The notes: generated from the sequence alone by a model not told the origin. DNA of 64,000 bases from Camelus dromedarius (GCF_036321535.1 NC_087437.1:76820001-76884000), one strand, 5' to 3'. Counted from the stretch's first letter, positions 11,446-25,000 are shown. A program made the numbers and translations.

Positions 11446-14400
11446 AGTTTGAAATAAATGCTTTAGAATGTTACAGAACCTCTTCATTTTTTCCCAAAGC
11501 CCAGTGAGAGATCCTTCAACTCTACAAATACAGATGAAGATAGAAATAAAAGGAACTAATGGTCATTGGTATCATGCTGCTATGGGCTAGGCAGAAAGTC
11601 CGGTGCTTTGCATAAACTATCAGAGAGAGAAGCATCAATAATTCTAAACTCCTCCTTTAATAAGTGAATAGATTAATGGGTAATAATTTCAGTGTAATTA
11701 GTTAATAATCTTACCCCTTCCCTAACCCTGTCCTTACACACTAATCTCTAAACACCACATTCAAATCTATAAAATTGAAGGCAAAAATAAAATTATCATG
11801 ATGTCAAAAACATACGAATAAACCTTTCTTGGGATAATTTATATGTTGAAAATGATTTCCTGTCCTATGAAAATATATGAAACTATATCCTCCTCATACG
11901 TGCTGAATCATGAATGTGACAGGTAATACATGTATTTGTGATGGATAAAATCTGAGATACAGTCACTAGTGAATGTAGAAGGGAGCGCAGTCTGGAGAAT
12001 AATGGCTTTTTTGGTTCCACTCACATAATCTCTGTGCAGCACAGCCAGCGTTGCCTGTGTATTTTTTATTGCTGTTATTTTTGTTTTTATATAGCTGTGT
12101 GATTAACCAGCCTCCCCACACTTCCCATCCTCTGACAGACTTTAAATTGTTAGAGAAAGGCAGATCATATTTTTTCTTTCTTTTGTCAATTTCAGTAATT
12201 TTGGCTATATGCAAAAATGAAACTGCTGACCCACAATTAGTAGATATAATTGACTTTTCTATTCCTAGTGATGGATTTTTATTGATTCAGCTACACATTC
12301 TCAGCTCTTTTGATCAGCAACACATTAACACACACAAACTTACACAGTGGTTTTCTGTGTGTATCATAAGACCCTGGAACAAAGCAACATGTGTAACTTG
12401 TGAGCTACAGAGGTATAATTTGGATAGAGCTTAGTTAGCAAAGCACACTAACCAGGGATACTAGCTAATAACCAACATTCTTGTCATAGCTAACCTTCAA
12501 GAAAAACTGATGAATCACTTATTAATTTCGCTATGTTTGTGCTAACGTTTAACACTGCAGATAGTATAGGATGGTCTATACTATGGATTTGTGTTGTGGC
12601 ATTAATAAATATTTAGAATTATGCAATTAATAAGAAATGGAAGAAAAAAAAACATTCTCACTTTCCTTCAATCTTGCTTGAAGGAAGAGTAACCTCCATG
12701 TTGGGAGATTTATATATATATATATATTTTTTCCTTCAAACTTTATTGTGTCTCAGTTAAAGAGCAATTAAAATAGCATATTAACCTGACCAAAGGTTAA
12801 AATACGTTCCTAGCGTTTAGCATATTTCTTATTCAATGCATGCATGAATATCCTTTGAAAGGATTAGAGAAAAACCTGGGTCTTAAAATAAGGTCTCTGC
12901 CATAAAGAAGCACATCCTCTAACCTTCAATAGGTTCTTGAAATATATTCTTAAGATCCCTGCACAAAACATAGTTATGGAAATCTGAATAAAGATTGCAA
13001 CTCACATATCCTAGTAATTTCAGACTGATGGCAGATTTTTGCCCCTCCTAGAAATATGTTGGGCAGCAGTTGATGAAAATGGAAAAACAGAGTAATGTAT
13101 GTATAAATGTACTATTTATAACAAATGTCACACATGGTTTCCAAATGGATTTTTCATAGAGCATGAAATTATATGAAAACTGCTTCCAAATTGTATGAAA
13201 TTATTATTTAAGCTCAGATGCCAAATCAACAGATTATCCTCTGAAAAAATAATTATTTGTATCTTAATTCCTTCCTTTTTTTGGAACTAATAATTTTGAT
13301 TCAGGATTTCAACAAATGGGACTTTAGAAGAAAGTCTCTAAATTGTAAACTAGAAAAGAATGTAAAAAACATACCTAACTTTTAAAATAATTTGTTAACA
13401 TGTTGTTGCTTAATCTAAAAGAGCCCAAATTTCTCTGTTTATCAGTTCCCAAGTTCTTCTGCAGTTAATCACAATGGTAAGTGTTGTCATTTACAAGAAC
13501 TAGAAGCAAATAAAAATATTTATAACAATTTTATTTATGAAATCATCAAAATGATAGTCATTTACTGATTTGAGACTCCTCTACTTAGAACTGAAAGCAA
13601 GCTAGAGACAGTAGACTTCCAGAGCAGTGAAAAATATTAGTTCTAATGACAGCTAATTGAATACTTTTTCATGAGGAAGAGTTGGTAAATTATGTTAGTG
13701 ATAAAAAAAAATTTCTAATTTTTTCTCAGTTATGTTGGTGGAAAATTGTTTACCATTATATTATCTGTTCTTTTAATTGTATATGCGCATGTAGTGGGTA
13801 GCTAGGGGAGAGAGAGGTGGATTTCATGGCTCAGGCTAACTCTTCAACCATGGCTGTCTGGAAGAATCTTCAAACTGTGCTGGTAATTGCCTCCACTGAT
13901 TTCTCTTCTGGAAGATAGAGTAGACAGGTCAAACGTAGAGAGGTGAGCAGCAAGTCACAAATGTGACCTTTTCAATTCAAAATCGAGGTGCCGTGGTAAA
14001 GGAAGTTTGTGTGCTTGTTCAAAGGAAATTTGTGTCCAGAGGAAGGGTTACTCCTATAGGGTTGTGGATTTTTCAGTTTTATTTTTAAATTTAATATTCA
14101 AAATAACATTTAAACCAGTATCACAAATGGGGCAGACAATATATATATTTACCAGAAATCTGTAAAGTATATTACCTTACCGTTTTATAGATGGATGGTA
14201 GTTTAAAGGTTTCAGAATGTGTAAAACTCATTTAGAAGATGGTTTCATTTTCTTTTTCATAAAGTTAATATGTTTTCTTCATGCTATTTCCCTTGTGTTA
14301 TCCTCTTCCTAATCTCCATTCTAGTTTATAGCTTATGATGTATATTCTTGCTTAAACCCAGAGAACATTCTAGAAGAAAAGAAATACAAGGATCTTAAAC

Positions 14401-16094
14401 AAATCTCTATTCTTTCCCTGTATAGAACAGGTGGGGAGGAGGGATGGGCTGTTGAAGGGAGTCTGTTGGGGTGGATCACTTGCATTTAAACGTCTTTCTT
14501 TCATATGTATAGCATTTATAGTATTATCTAGCAGTGTAATTATTTTTACTTAGGAAAGTAAGGTTTTTGTTTTCAAAATGGCATTAAATTTTAAACACCA
14601 CTGCATAACATTTTTATCTTTGGTTAGCATTTCAAGAAGGCTGAGATAGCATTGTGTGTGCTTGCCCATCTCTAACTCTCTGAGTTAAGAACTGTGCTGT
14701 CAGAAAGAAAAGGGAAAATGTTAGAAATGATCTTTCCTTCTCTGTTTTCCCAGAGACCCAAGGCTTGAAGCATTTTAAACAGCACAAATACCACGTACTA
14801 GACAGTCTCTGGGTCTGTCTCCTCCTGTTCAGCAGGGATCAGGTTCAGTAGCCTGCATGCTAAATAGCATCTAGTCCCCTATGACAGCAGCTCACAAAAT
14901 CCCTTCCTGAGTCTCCTTAATAGACAAGAAGCGGTGTGATGAGAGGTGCAGGACTTGGGGAGCTGGGAAGATAGCCAGGATGCCTCTGATGCTCTCTTCA
15001 CTCTGGTTCATATTTTTCTCAAGTTAACAGGAAGAGCAGAGCTTCTATTTGGATTCAGACTTAAGGAAATGAAGACCGCTTAGAGTTCCCTGGTAAACTT
15101 CCCTTCTCATCCAGGTGGATTTAAACTGGTCTCAGATCACTGTGGAGTTTGATTGGCTTCATAATGCTGATCAAACAGAGTTTTAATTTTGTTTGATAAA
15201 TGAAAGCTCTACCCTAGGCCAGTGCAAACGTAGCAATTAAAATTGACTCTGCCTAAATAAACAAAAAAAAATGCTCTGCTTTTATCTAAGATCCTCCAGG
15301 GACCTCACTATAGTCTTGGGTTGACAGCAAGATCAGCTTTACTGATGAACTCAGCCTTCTCTTCTTCTTTCATGTATTCTCCATAAAAAATATTTTCCAA
15401 GTGAATTGATTGCTTTATGATGCCTTTTTTAGCAGGTTGTCTTAAAATGCGCTTAATTTGCCTTATGGGTGCTACTTTTTCTTTGTCTCTATATATATAA
15501 TAATAAAACTGACTCACCATTACATAGACATGAATTCGAATTATTTTTCTAGTAATGGATATTGATTGTGCTCACCCATCTACACATTTTTGCCAGTATA
15601 TGAGGCACCCATCTATTTTCCAGAACAGCATGGTCTACATAGTGTGATTTTTAAAGAAATCCTATAGAGCTGTATACCCCAAATAATTTTATACAACCTG
15701 GTGCTGGCAATTTTACCAACAGAAAAACATTCTTTTGGTTCTCAGGTATTTTTAAAATTCATGTTTAAAGTGATATATCTCTGGGTGGCATAACATTTAA
15801 GCTACCACAAATAATATTTTAAAAAAGAGATTGGGTGATAGTCTGTGGAAAGGTCCTTGTCATCCCTAAAAGTTAGACCCCAAGACTGAAGTTGGCTTTC
15901 TGTTATGGGAGAAAAGTTTGAAGAGAATGTGAAACCACTGAAGGCATATTGCCTGTGTATAGTCCTACCCTGAACGTGTTCTCTCCTGGTCCTCTTGCAG
16001 TAAAATGAACACATTCATTTGAGAATGCTCTGAGTGAATCAGAATATATGTGAGTGTGTGTGTGTAGTGAGTCTGTTTCTGTACATGCCCCTAC

Positions 16095-17035
16095 ATCCTT
16101 CTTAAGCCCTGGCAACTGCCAATCTGTTCTTTTCTATGATTTGTCATTTTGAGAATGTTATATAAATAGAATCATACAGTATGCAAACTTTTAGGGACTA
16201 GCTTTTTTCACTCAGCATAATTCTCTGAAGAATGATATGTAAATAGAATCATACAGTGCACAAAGTTTGGGGGTTGGCTTTTTGTACTCAAGCAGAATTC
16301 TCTGGAGAGTCATCCAAGTTGTTCTGTGTATCTGTAGTTCATCTTTATTGCTGTTCCATGGTATGGTGGTACTGTGGTTTAACCATTCACCTGTTGAAGG
16401 TCTTGAGTTTTTTCCAGTTTTTAGCTGATACAAATAAAACTGCTATAAACATTCATGTACAGGTTTTTGCATGAAAGTCAACCTTCATTTCTCTGAGGTA
16501 TGTGGCAGAGGGCGATTTACTGATCACATGGTAATTGTATGTTTAGTTCTTAAGAAACTGGAAAGCTGTTTTCTAGAGTAGCTATTTGCCTTCCCACATG
16601 GAACCTATGAGGGATCCAGTTTCTCCTCATTTTTACCAGCATTTGATGTTGCTGCAATATTTTATTTTAGACATTCTGATGGGTGTATATTGATAGCTCA
16701 TTGCAGTTTTAATAGCATTTTCCTAATTTCTAAATTGTTCAGCATTATTTCATGTGCTTATTTTCCATCTGTTACCACCTTTGGTAAATTTTTTGGTGTG
16801 TCTTTAGCTCATTTTCTAATTAGATTGTTTATGTTTTTACTTGGTATTGATTTATAATTCCTTTATATATTGCTAAATTCTAGTTGCCAATATTTTGTTA
16901 AGGTATTTACATTTATATTCATGAAGGATATTTGTCTCTCATTTTCTTTGTTTATATTGTCTTTATCTGCTTTTGGCATGAGGGTAACACAGTTTCATAA
17001 AATCAATTGATAAGTCTTCTATTTTCTGGAACAAG
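16095..17035 (-). mobile_element. Old L1 (L1MC/L1MD-type) 3' region joined to an upstream ORF2 piece
   Basis: Antisense 3'UTR motifs CCCTGGCAACTGCCAATCTGTT and AATAGAATCATACAGTATG, plus GCTATAAACATTCATGTACAGGTTTT. At ~16870 it jumps to mid-ORF2 (TTGCCAATATTTTGTTAAGG…GCTTTTGGCATGAGGGTAA). Confidence 0.85.
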
Positions 17036-18819
17036 GCCTCTTCTATTCCTCTTGCAATAAATCAAAACATTCATGTGTGAATTTCTGAATGTTCATCCTT
17101 GGGTGAATCAGGATGTATGTGCGTGTATGTGTGTGTGTGTATGTGTGTGTGTTTATGTGTGTGTGTGTATAGTGAGCCTGTTTCTGAACATGACCTTATA
17201 GGGTTATACAGTAAGCTGCTAATAGCTTGAGCTGTCTTAAAATATCTCTCGAGAATAGAAAAATTATTGTATGTAAATTCTTACTACATGACTAAGAAGA
17301 AAGGTGAAAATTTTATTACTGATTTTCAGCACTGTAGAACTACTCCACAAGTTCTACAATATAGCCCTTTTTAATGGACACGCCAGAGAAATATCCAGAT
17401 TGCCTTGAAATTGCCTCCCCAGACAAAAATAGGCCAGGAGAAGGCAGTAACCCTTAAGGGATGATGCTGCCTGTTTTGCTACAATTAGTGCTGGAATTTT
17501 GACTGCAGTAGCCTAGTCCACTTAAGCCAGATGATCTTATGTAACATCTGGATGGATTTTTATAGCTTAGAACTTGATAAAGAAGACAAGGAAATGATTT
17601 GTTAATGTAAGTGAATCAGTACTCTGAAATGTGTATGATGAAGAGTATGATTCTCAATAGAGCTCCTTAAAAGATATTAGAAGAGAAAATTAGTACAAAT
17701 ACGCATGTGGTTCTTGTAATAATCCCCATTTTTTTTTCCTGCTAAGAAATTTATGAAAACCCTTAGACTGCTGTGGTCCTTTCTCTGTTCTAGACTGCAT
17801 TTTTATTCCTTGCATTATTCAGATTCTGCTCCTATTTTTATAATATCTCATAGTGTAGTGTTCCTTCTTGTTTTATTTTGATATTTTTTGTTTGATTGTA
17901 TTAGAATTTTCTGTTACTTTTCATGGACGTACTCACATATTCAGAGATGTTTGTTAATATGATTGCTATGTACTCAATCTTTATCACATAATACACTAAG
18001 GATGTTTTGTATTCTCACATTTTCTGAATAAAATTCCTTCCTAGAGAATATTCCACAAAACACTATTCTCATAAAATATTCCACATCCATTACAAGGAAA
18101 AACATTAAAAAAAATTGAATACCAAACTTAGCACTGAGGTTGGCATTGTAAATACAAGGTATAAAATAGGCTTTCTTGTCTGGATAAGATTAAAATTCCT
18201 AGGTTATCCCTAGGTTATAATTCCTAGACATTTTTCTGATGATAAGACTCAAAGGTTTTATTTTTAAAACATGTTTTTTCCCTCAAATCCATATGGAGTC
18301 TGGGGAACGTAGTATGAGTTGTGGAGATTAAAATTTGTAACATATAATTATTATAAAAATGAGAAAAACCATTGAAAATATATTCTTTCCAAACTTGGTC
18401 AATTACCAGGGGTTCCACTCAGTGGACTTGAAAAAATAAGAAGAAAGTTGGAGTACTCAAAAAAAGGGCAGGCTGGCAGCAGACAAACACTACTTGTATA
18501 AAAATGGTAACCATGAGAATTTTCTTCTAAATTCATTGACACAAGGTAAGTGGCTTTTCAATATAATCTAGTACAATTCAGGTTAAGATTATTAAATTGA
18601 TTCTTCAAGAAATTAAGTGAGTCTCCAAGCCTAACAATTCCAAGTAGCTAAATACTTAAAAAAAAAATCATGAGAGGATGAAACAAAGCAGACTTGGTAA
18701 ACTGACATATTAATTTATTTTCAGTCAGTTTCATTTTCTACAATTCCTTGGGATAAGTTTGGAACTTCCCACAAAGATAAACATATAGGAGTATCTGAGG
18801 AGTAATGGAAAAAGTTTCC

Positions 18820-19740
18820 TACTGGATGACCAGTGAGCTGAGATCTAAAGAATAAGGAGGAGTTTACTGGGCTAAGGAATGCTGTGTGGGGAAGAAGCTC
18901 TGTGGAGATCTTGTGGGAGCTGGAGCATCAGGGTTAAGAACCTGAAATAAAGCAGTGTGTCTGAGGCAGAGTCTAAGGTGGGGTTTTGGTGTGGGATGAG
19001 ATTAGAGGAGTAAGAGCAAGACCATACAGCCCCGAAGGGCAAGTTAAAATTTTATTCTAATCCTAAAAACAATGGAAAGTCTTTTCTAACTTTTAAAGGA
19101 TGATGGGATGGTATCCATTCACATTTTGAAAAGAAAACTCTAGCATCAGTAGAGAGAACTCATCAGGAGAGAACAAGAAGGCAGGGAGGACAGTTAGGAT
19201 GTGAATTGTGTTAGTAAGGGTGAGCTATTTGTACTTGAGTGATGACAGTTTGAAAGGAAAAGGAATGGGTAGCTCTTAGAGCTACTGAGTAGTTAAAATT
19301 GATGGGATAACTGGTGGCGCATTCATGAGAAAGAGACACCAGAAGAAGACCAGGTGTAATAGAGCTGTAATCATCGTTGAGATTGCTTAGGAAGAGAGGA
19401 GAGAAAGCATCCCGTGACCAAGCTTTAAGAAATCCTATCTCGTAGTGTCTAGGCAGTGGAGGCCTAAGGAGGAGACTCCAAAGTAGCAGCCAAAGGTGGA
19501 GGAGGCGGCATGGGGAATGGAGTGGCTCAGAAGCTCAGGAGAGAATTGTGCTCAGCCATGTGCTGCTGGAAGATTCTTTGGTGTCATAACATAAGACCAT
19601 GTATAAATTTAGCAAGAGAACTTTCATTTCAGAGAAGAGAAAATCCAAACTAGAGTTGAGTGAGGAGTGAATGCTAAGTGAATTAACAGAACTGAAGCTG
19701 AAATTTGGAGAACTCCTTTGTGGTGCTAAGCATTGAAAAG
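18820..19740 (-). mobile_element. L2 fragments
   Basis: Purine-rich antisense L2 motifs: GAGCTGAGATCTAAAGAATAAGGAGG, GGGATGAGATTAGAGGAGTAAG, TTCACATTTTGAAAAG. Confidence 0.65.
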
Positions 19741-20979
19741 AAAGCAAAAACTGTGGTGGTATTTAGTCTCTGGGATTCAGGTGTGCCCTTTATCATGAAC
19801 CTGCTTCTTGTTATCTGATGTAGTAGTTTTGCAAACTAGTAAGGTACTCATCTTGTAGAAATTTGTTTTCTTTTGAATACTACCACTAACTTGCAGTCTA
19901 ATTTGTAAAGTGGAAAAAATTGTCTTTTAAGTTTCCTATGTCAGTTTGGGCATTTGCTGGTGAACTCAGTGGTGCATAACTTTAATTATCATTTTTCTTA
20001 AGCGATTCAATCACAGAGTGTATTAATACCATTTATATGATGTATTTTAATTTAATTCTATGCCATTAACTGGGAAATGTACCAATTTGCCAATAACTTA
20101 TTTGCCCTGTAAAAGGACCAAGATACTGATTGTGTTTACAAAATAACTTGGTTTATTAGAACTTAGAGTCACAGAGTAAATGAGACTCTACACTAGAAAG
20201 GTTTAAATGGTCTGAAAGAGTCTTTTCTATGTTATTTATTGACCTGAGAGTTAACGTGAAAAATCTTGAATAGAGTAATTTGCATTGTTATATGACTTCT
20301 GTGTTGTGGTACTATAATATTTTTTTCCTCTATTTTCAGAGAAAATACATTTATATTTTCTCTGATTAAAATATTATTTCACTTAGAATATAAATGAAAC
20401 ATTTCAGAATTAAAGGAAGGGGAACATGAAATATTTTGGCTGGAAATTTATAGGAGTTAAAGATAGTCTTCAATAATGATTATCTTTTGAAATAAGATCT
20501 AAAAGTTTATTACAGTTGTTACTTGGTTCCTCTAGGATTATTAAGAGAGGCACATAACTTAAGAAAATATTAATTGCTAATTGTTTCCCACTTTATAAGT
20601 TACCTAATAGGATGTTTTAAGATGTTTTAATCAGGTTGAATTTACTAGTAGAAATTTAAGTTTAGGAAGAACACAACAGGAAGTAAAATTCTATTGATGA
20701 CATTTTTACTTTGGAAAGAGTTGATCAAAATGTGAAGGGAATAATTTATGCCAACTACCAAACAAATGATTTTGAACTTAAAATTAATTCACTTTTGTTT
20801 CTTTATAAAAAATGTTCTTCTCTCTAGCATTATGCTTTATAACTTACCTTAGGAATCTGTTAAGGGACTAGAAATCCTAACCCATCCCCAGTACTTTTTC
20901 TAGACTTATTAATTGCCTTTTATGAAAACTATGGCTGTCACCTTAACTGAGTTAGTTATAAAGTTATAAAGTTATGTGT

Positions 20980-21915
20980 CAAACATTTATTCTACATGTA
21001 TTGCATGATCTATGTACTAGGCAGTGTTACAAATTCACGTAAGTATATTTGAAAGTTAATGAAGTAGAACACACATTTAAGTACATTGATTCAATTAAGT
21101 TTACATGTGGTCTGATAGGCAAATGTGCAGGTTATAATGCGGGCTTCCAAGAAGACAGATCACAGAAAGTGCTAGACAGATGATAGGAAGAATAATCCAT
21201 AAGGTTTCAGAGAAAAGGTGACCCTTGAGGTGAGTTTTGACAGATGACCATAGCTTCCATAGAATTAGGAAGACTAAGGAGAAGAGGGAATGGGTATCAC
21301 CACCAATAGGAATGGTGTAAGTGAAGATGGGAGGCTGGAAACATCTTGTTTCTGTCCGAGAACTGTCAGTAGTGTGATGTCGCTGGAGATTGTGATTGGA
21401 GTAAAAATGTCATGATACACAAGATCCCAAGCATGCAGAGGAGGTAGAAGATCTTTTTATGACAAGTCTATTCTGTATCATAAGGGATGGCCAGCTTCTG
21501 AGGTGTTTTAATCAGGGAAATGGCATGATAAGATTTGGATTTTAGAGATATTGTCTAGGCAAATATGTAGTGGAAGATGTGAAAGCCAGAGACCAAATAG
21601 GTGTCTACTGTAGTGCTGCATAAGGGAGCTAGTGTGGTTTGAACAAAAAAATGGCTATGAGTAAGAATAATTAGGACAGATCAGAGGCTGATAAGGAAAT
21701 AGTCTTCAGGATTTGCTAATTGATTAGGTGTATCTGGGGAGAAAGAGACTTTCAGGTTTCCGAAACTGCAGCTTCCTCCAAAGGAAATATAGGGAAAGAA
21801 GCAAGTTCATTTTAGGTAGATAGAGAGGAATTGCACCTAAAACATTCATTTTTGTACCTGTTGAGTTTAAGCTAGATGTCAAGTAGTCAGCTGTATATTT
21901 AAGCCTGGCGTTCAA
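20980..21915 (-). mobile_element. L2 fragment
   Basis: Antisense L2 tail (CAAACATTTATT…TATGTACTAGGCAGTG), then TTTTAATCAGGGAAATGGCATGATAAGATTTGGATTTTAG. Confidence 0.7.
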
Positions 21916-21954
21916 GAATCTAGTCCAGATGGCAATATAGGTTAAAGGGTGGAT

Positions 21955-22170
21955 GTGTTGAGTGCTTATTATGTGCCGAGCATTGTTTAAAGTGTATTAA
22001 TTCATTTATTCCCCATGAGAATCTTTTGAGGTTCTTCATTTTACAGATGAGGGAACAGAGGTACATACTGTTAAGCAACTGGCCCACTTCACTCAGCTTG
22101 TAAGGATTCAAATCCATGCAGCCTGATTCTAGAGCCTAGACCGCTAACCTTCATGCTGTATTGCTTCTCC
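21955..22170 (-). mobile_element. MIR SINE
   Basis: MIR core CATTTTACAGATGAGGGAACAGAGG and B-box relic GGATTCAAATCC. Confidence 0.85.
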
Positions 22171-22419
22171 AGTATCCGAACCCCTGTTACGTGTAAGGAA
22201 GCATCCTGGGAATTAAAAATTTAGTGACAACATACAATATTCTATCGTTTCAGATCATTCCAGATCATTCAAAAGGATTATCTTTTTCATGATAGTCATT
22301 TATCTCAAAGGGATATTTAATCTTAAATTTCTCTCCTTAAATCCTGTATTTCTAGTCAAAGAATCAGTTTCATAGACACACTGATTAACATGGGGCATGT
22401 TTGATTTATTCCATTTCTT

Positions 22420-22770
22420 CTCCTTTGCATTCAGTGACTACTTTGTCCAGTCAGTCCTCTCACATCTGGCCTCTAACTATGCATTTTCTAACAGTTACCT
22501 AAATTCATAACCTCATTATTTTTTGCCTGGACTATTCTGATAGCCTCTAAATTGTCTTTTTACCTTCAATGTTTCCTTGCTACAAATTTATCATGCATAC
22601 CATATAGCCTAGAGAGCAGCTCAAAAGCCGCCAGTTCCAGGAGAATATTTATGATGTTATGCATAGATGGTAAAGGCCTTAGAGATAGGGACTGTTTTTT
22701 ATCTCTTTATCTCCAGTGCCTATCACAATTATTCACACATAGTAAATTCTTGATAAGAGTTTATTGAATA
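22420..22770 (+). mobile_element. L2 fragments including 3' tail
   Basis: AGATGGTAAAGGCCTTAGAGATAGGGACTG…CTCCAGTGCCTATCACA…TTTATTGAAT. Confidence 0.65.
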
Positions 22771-23342
22771 GGTGGTACCTGGATGTGATCTCTCTGTCTC
22801 CCACATTGGTGATATTTTCTAGTGGTACATATCACATTTTTAAGTTCTGTGAGGAAAGCTCTTGTTACTTATCTTTAAATTAACTAAGAATTACCTAGCA
22901 TAGTATGCTTCCTGTATCAGGATACAGTACATGATTGACGGGTGGACCAATTATTAGCCCAATCAGTAAATTAAACACTATGGATAATAATGGAATGCTA
23001 ATAAGAAGGAAATGTAAATTCTCATCAACTAGTAAATAATGGGTATCTAAAAATTCAATAAAAATTATATGTGGATACTTCAGAAAAAGACGTATAAAAT
23101 ACATTTGTCTACATATATTATACAACAATTCTGAAAAAAAATTGAAATACTATTTATTTCCCATTTTATGGTCAAATTCACATTTCTAAGTTAATTATAT
23201 CTCAAAACATGCCTTCTGTAGGCAGGCCGTATCTGTTTAACTAAGTGGAAAAACAAAGGCATAGCAAAATTCTAATTTTTGTGTGCTTCTAATTCAACGC
23301 TTAGGTTAGAACTGATGTTCAATAAATGTTTTCTTAATTTTA

Positions 23343-23350
23343 AAAAGAAT

Positions 23351-23389
<39 letters not shown>

Positions 23390-23523
23390 TATTAATTTGA
23401 TGGGAGGAAGGAAGTAATTAGGTTTATTCATCTATTTATTTAATGGAGGTACTGGAGCTTGAACCCAGGGCCTCATGCATACTAGGCATGCACTCTACCA
23501 CTGAGCTATACTCTCCTCTCACC
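23343..23523 (-). mobile_element. tRNA-Ala-derived camelid SINE (Vic-1-type) with (TAAA)n tail
   Basis: The reverse complement reads GAGTATAGCTCAGTGGTAGAGTGCATGCCTAGTATGCATGAGGCCCTGGGTTCAAGCTCCAGTACCTCCA: Pol III A box, B box and TGC anticodon region. It continues AAACCTAATTAC and then the tail. Flanking repeat TTCTTAAT at 23331 and 23524. Confidence 0.88.
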
Positions 23524-23843
23524 TTCTTAATGTTTAATAGTAATTTTTTGACAAGTAGTGTTGAAATAACTCATTTGGTTGGTTAGAAAGTGTTGTAGAT
23601 ATAATTTATCCGAATTGTATAAGTATTTAAAAGTTATTTTAGCTGAAAGGTGGAAATATCTACTGGGAAATAATACAGTTATGTATCTTGGTAACTGTCT
23701 GAATGCTGCTTCTTAAGGTCAAAATAGAGGCCAGACCGCTGTTCTTCTTGGTATTATTTGAGTTTGCATTTTAGTTAAAAGAATACTTGAGTAAGTGAGA
23801 GATGTAAATTGAAAAGGACATGCAAACAATGGGGCTGTGACTA

Positions 23844-24372
23844 TGTGGGGGAAGAAAAATTGTCCTCTACTCTTTCATGGTTTCTGAATGAGCTTGAGAA
23901 TTAAACTGTTATAAAACAGATTAATAGGAGAAAAGCACACAAGATTTATTAAAATTTTACCTGTACACAGGAGCCTTCACGGGAGGTTGGAGACCCAAAA
24001 AAGTGGCCAGGGCAAAAAGCTTTTATGCCTTTCAGGCAAGGAAACAGTAAGTTTGTGAAGGATTGATAAGACAAATGGTTTGAGCTACGGGTAGTTAGTT
24101 GTGGAGAAGTGACTAGGAAGATGGGGCTAGCTTGACAAGGTTTTTTGTATAGATTTCTTGGCCTTCAGTCACCTCTCTGGTGAAAGGAATATTTTCCTCT
24201 CTCCAGGTACAGGGAAGGCACCTTCTGTCTAGGGGTTTTCTCTTTTGCTTTTAGGAAGAAAAAATAGGGGTCAGAGTGCTCTTCTTGCATCTGATATTTC
24301 TCAAGTCTTTGAACTCAAAATTGTCAATATGTCAAAGCAGCATATTTTGGACGACATGCTCCGAACCCCTTT
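23844..24372 (-). mobile_element. ERV (class I-like) solo LTR
   Basis: TGTGGGGGAAGAAAAA…CCGAACCCCTT termini. Antisense AATAAA (23945-23950) and antisense TATA-like CATAAAAG (~24020-24027) lie in the expected order. Confidence 0.72.
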
Positions 24373-24399
24373 AGGGAGAAAGAAAAGAAAGATAAGGTG

Positions 24400-25000
24400 T
24401 ACCAGTGATGTATTCAATGGCCACATTCAGGATCTCAAGAACTATTAAAGTCTTTGGATGAGAGGCTAAATCTAATGATGAAATCTAATAAGAATCAATA
24501 TACTTTGGACCTAAAAGTATCTACTTTTGAGGAGTCACAATTCAGAGTAGTACATGTAAAAAAGTTAAGATAAAATAAACTATAGATTATAGACTCAATG
24601 AGTCAACCTTTTTAATATGATTTCTAAAAATGCTATTGCCACTTTAAACTGCTTCAGTAGAGGTATGGAGTTCTAGTTCAACTAATGATAACCTTATTGC
24701 ACTTTGCATAAACAAATAAATCACAACAATATTGCTAAAAGCATAGAGAGAATTATGTTCAGTTGTAGGCACTAAAATCAAAGTAAATTAAAATGTCCAA
24801 GAAAATATTAATAGGATGATAATGGTGATTGAAAATCATGCTTTGATTGAAAGACGATGACATTAGAGATATGTGTTCTAGAGATGAAAAAACTCAAAGA
24901 TGGAAAATATCATGATTTAAAATATTTGAAATAGAGATTAGCTGTGTTCTTTGTGACTCCAAAAAGGCAGGATGAATTAGATCTGCAGAAATGGACTTTT
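24400..25000 (+). mobile_element. L3/CR1 LINE relic
   Basis: L3-like motifs: GGCTAAATCTAATGATGAAAT, CTCAATGAGTCAAC, TATGTTCAGTT, AAATATTTGAA…TTCTTTGTGACTCC. Confidence 0.65.

Noticed and set aside
12561..12584. 9-bp hairpin ATAGTATAG…CTATACTAT as a terminator or miRNA
   Set aside because: Too short and AT-rich for a pre-miRNA, and intrinsic terminators do not apply to mammalian DNA.
15308..15520. Hydrophilic, protein-looking 70-aa ORF (also 36297..36500)
   Set aside because: No recognisable homology or convincing splice structure, and the length is within chance range.
23445..23515. tRNA-Ala gene on the minus strand
   Set aside because: It continues into a SINE body, tail and TSD, and the stems are degenerate, so it is a SINE head.
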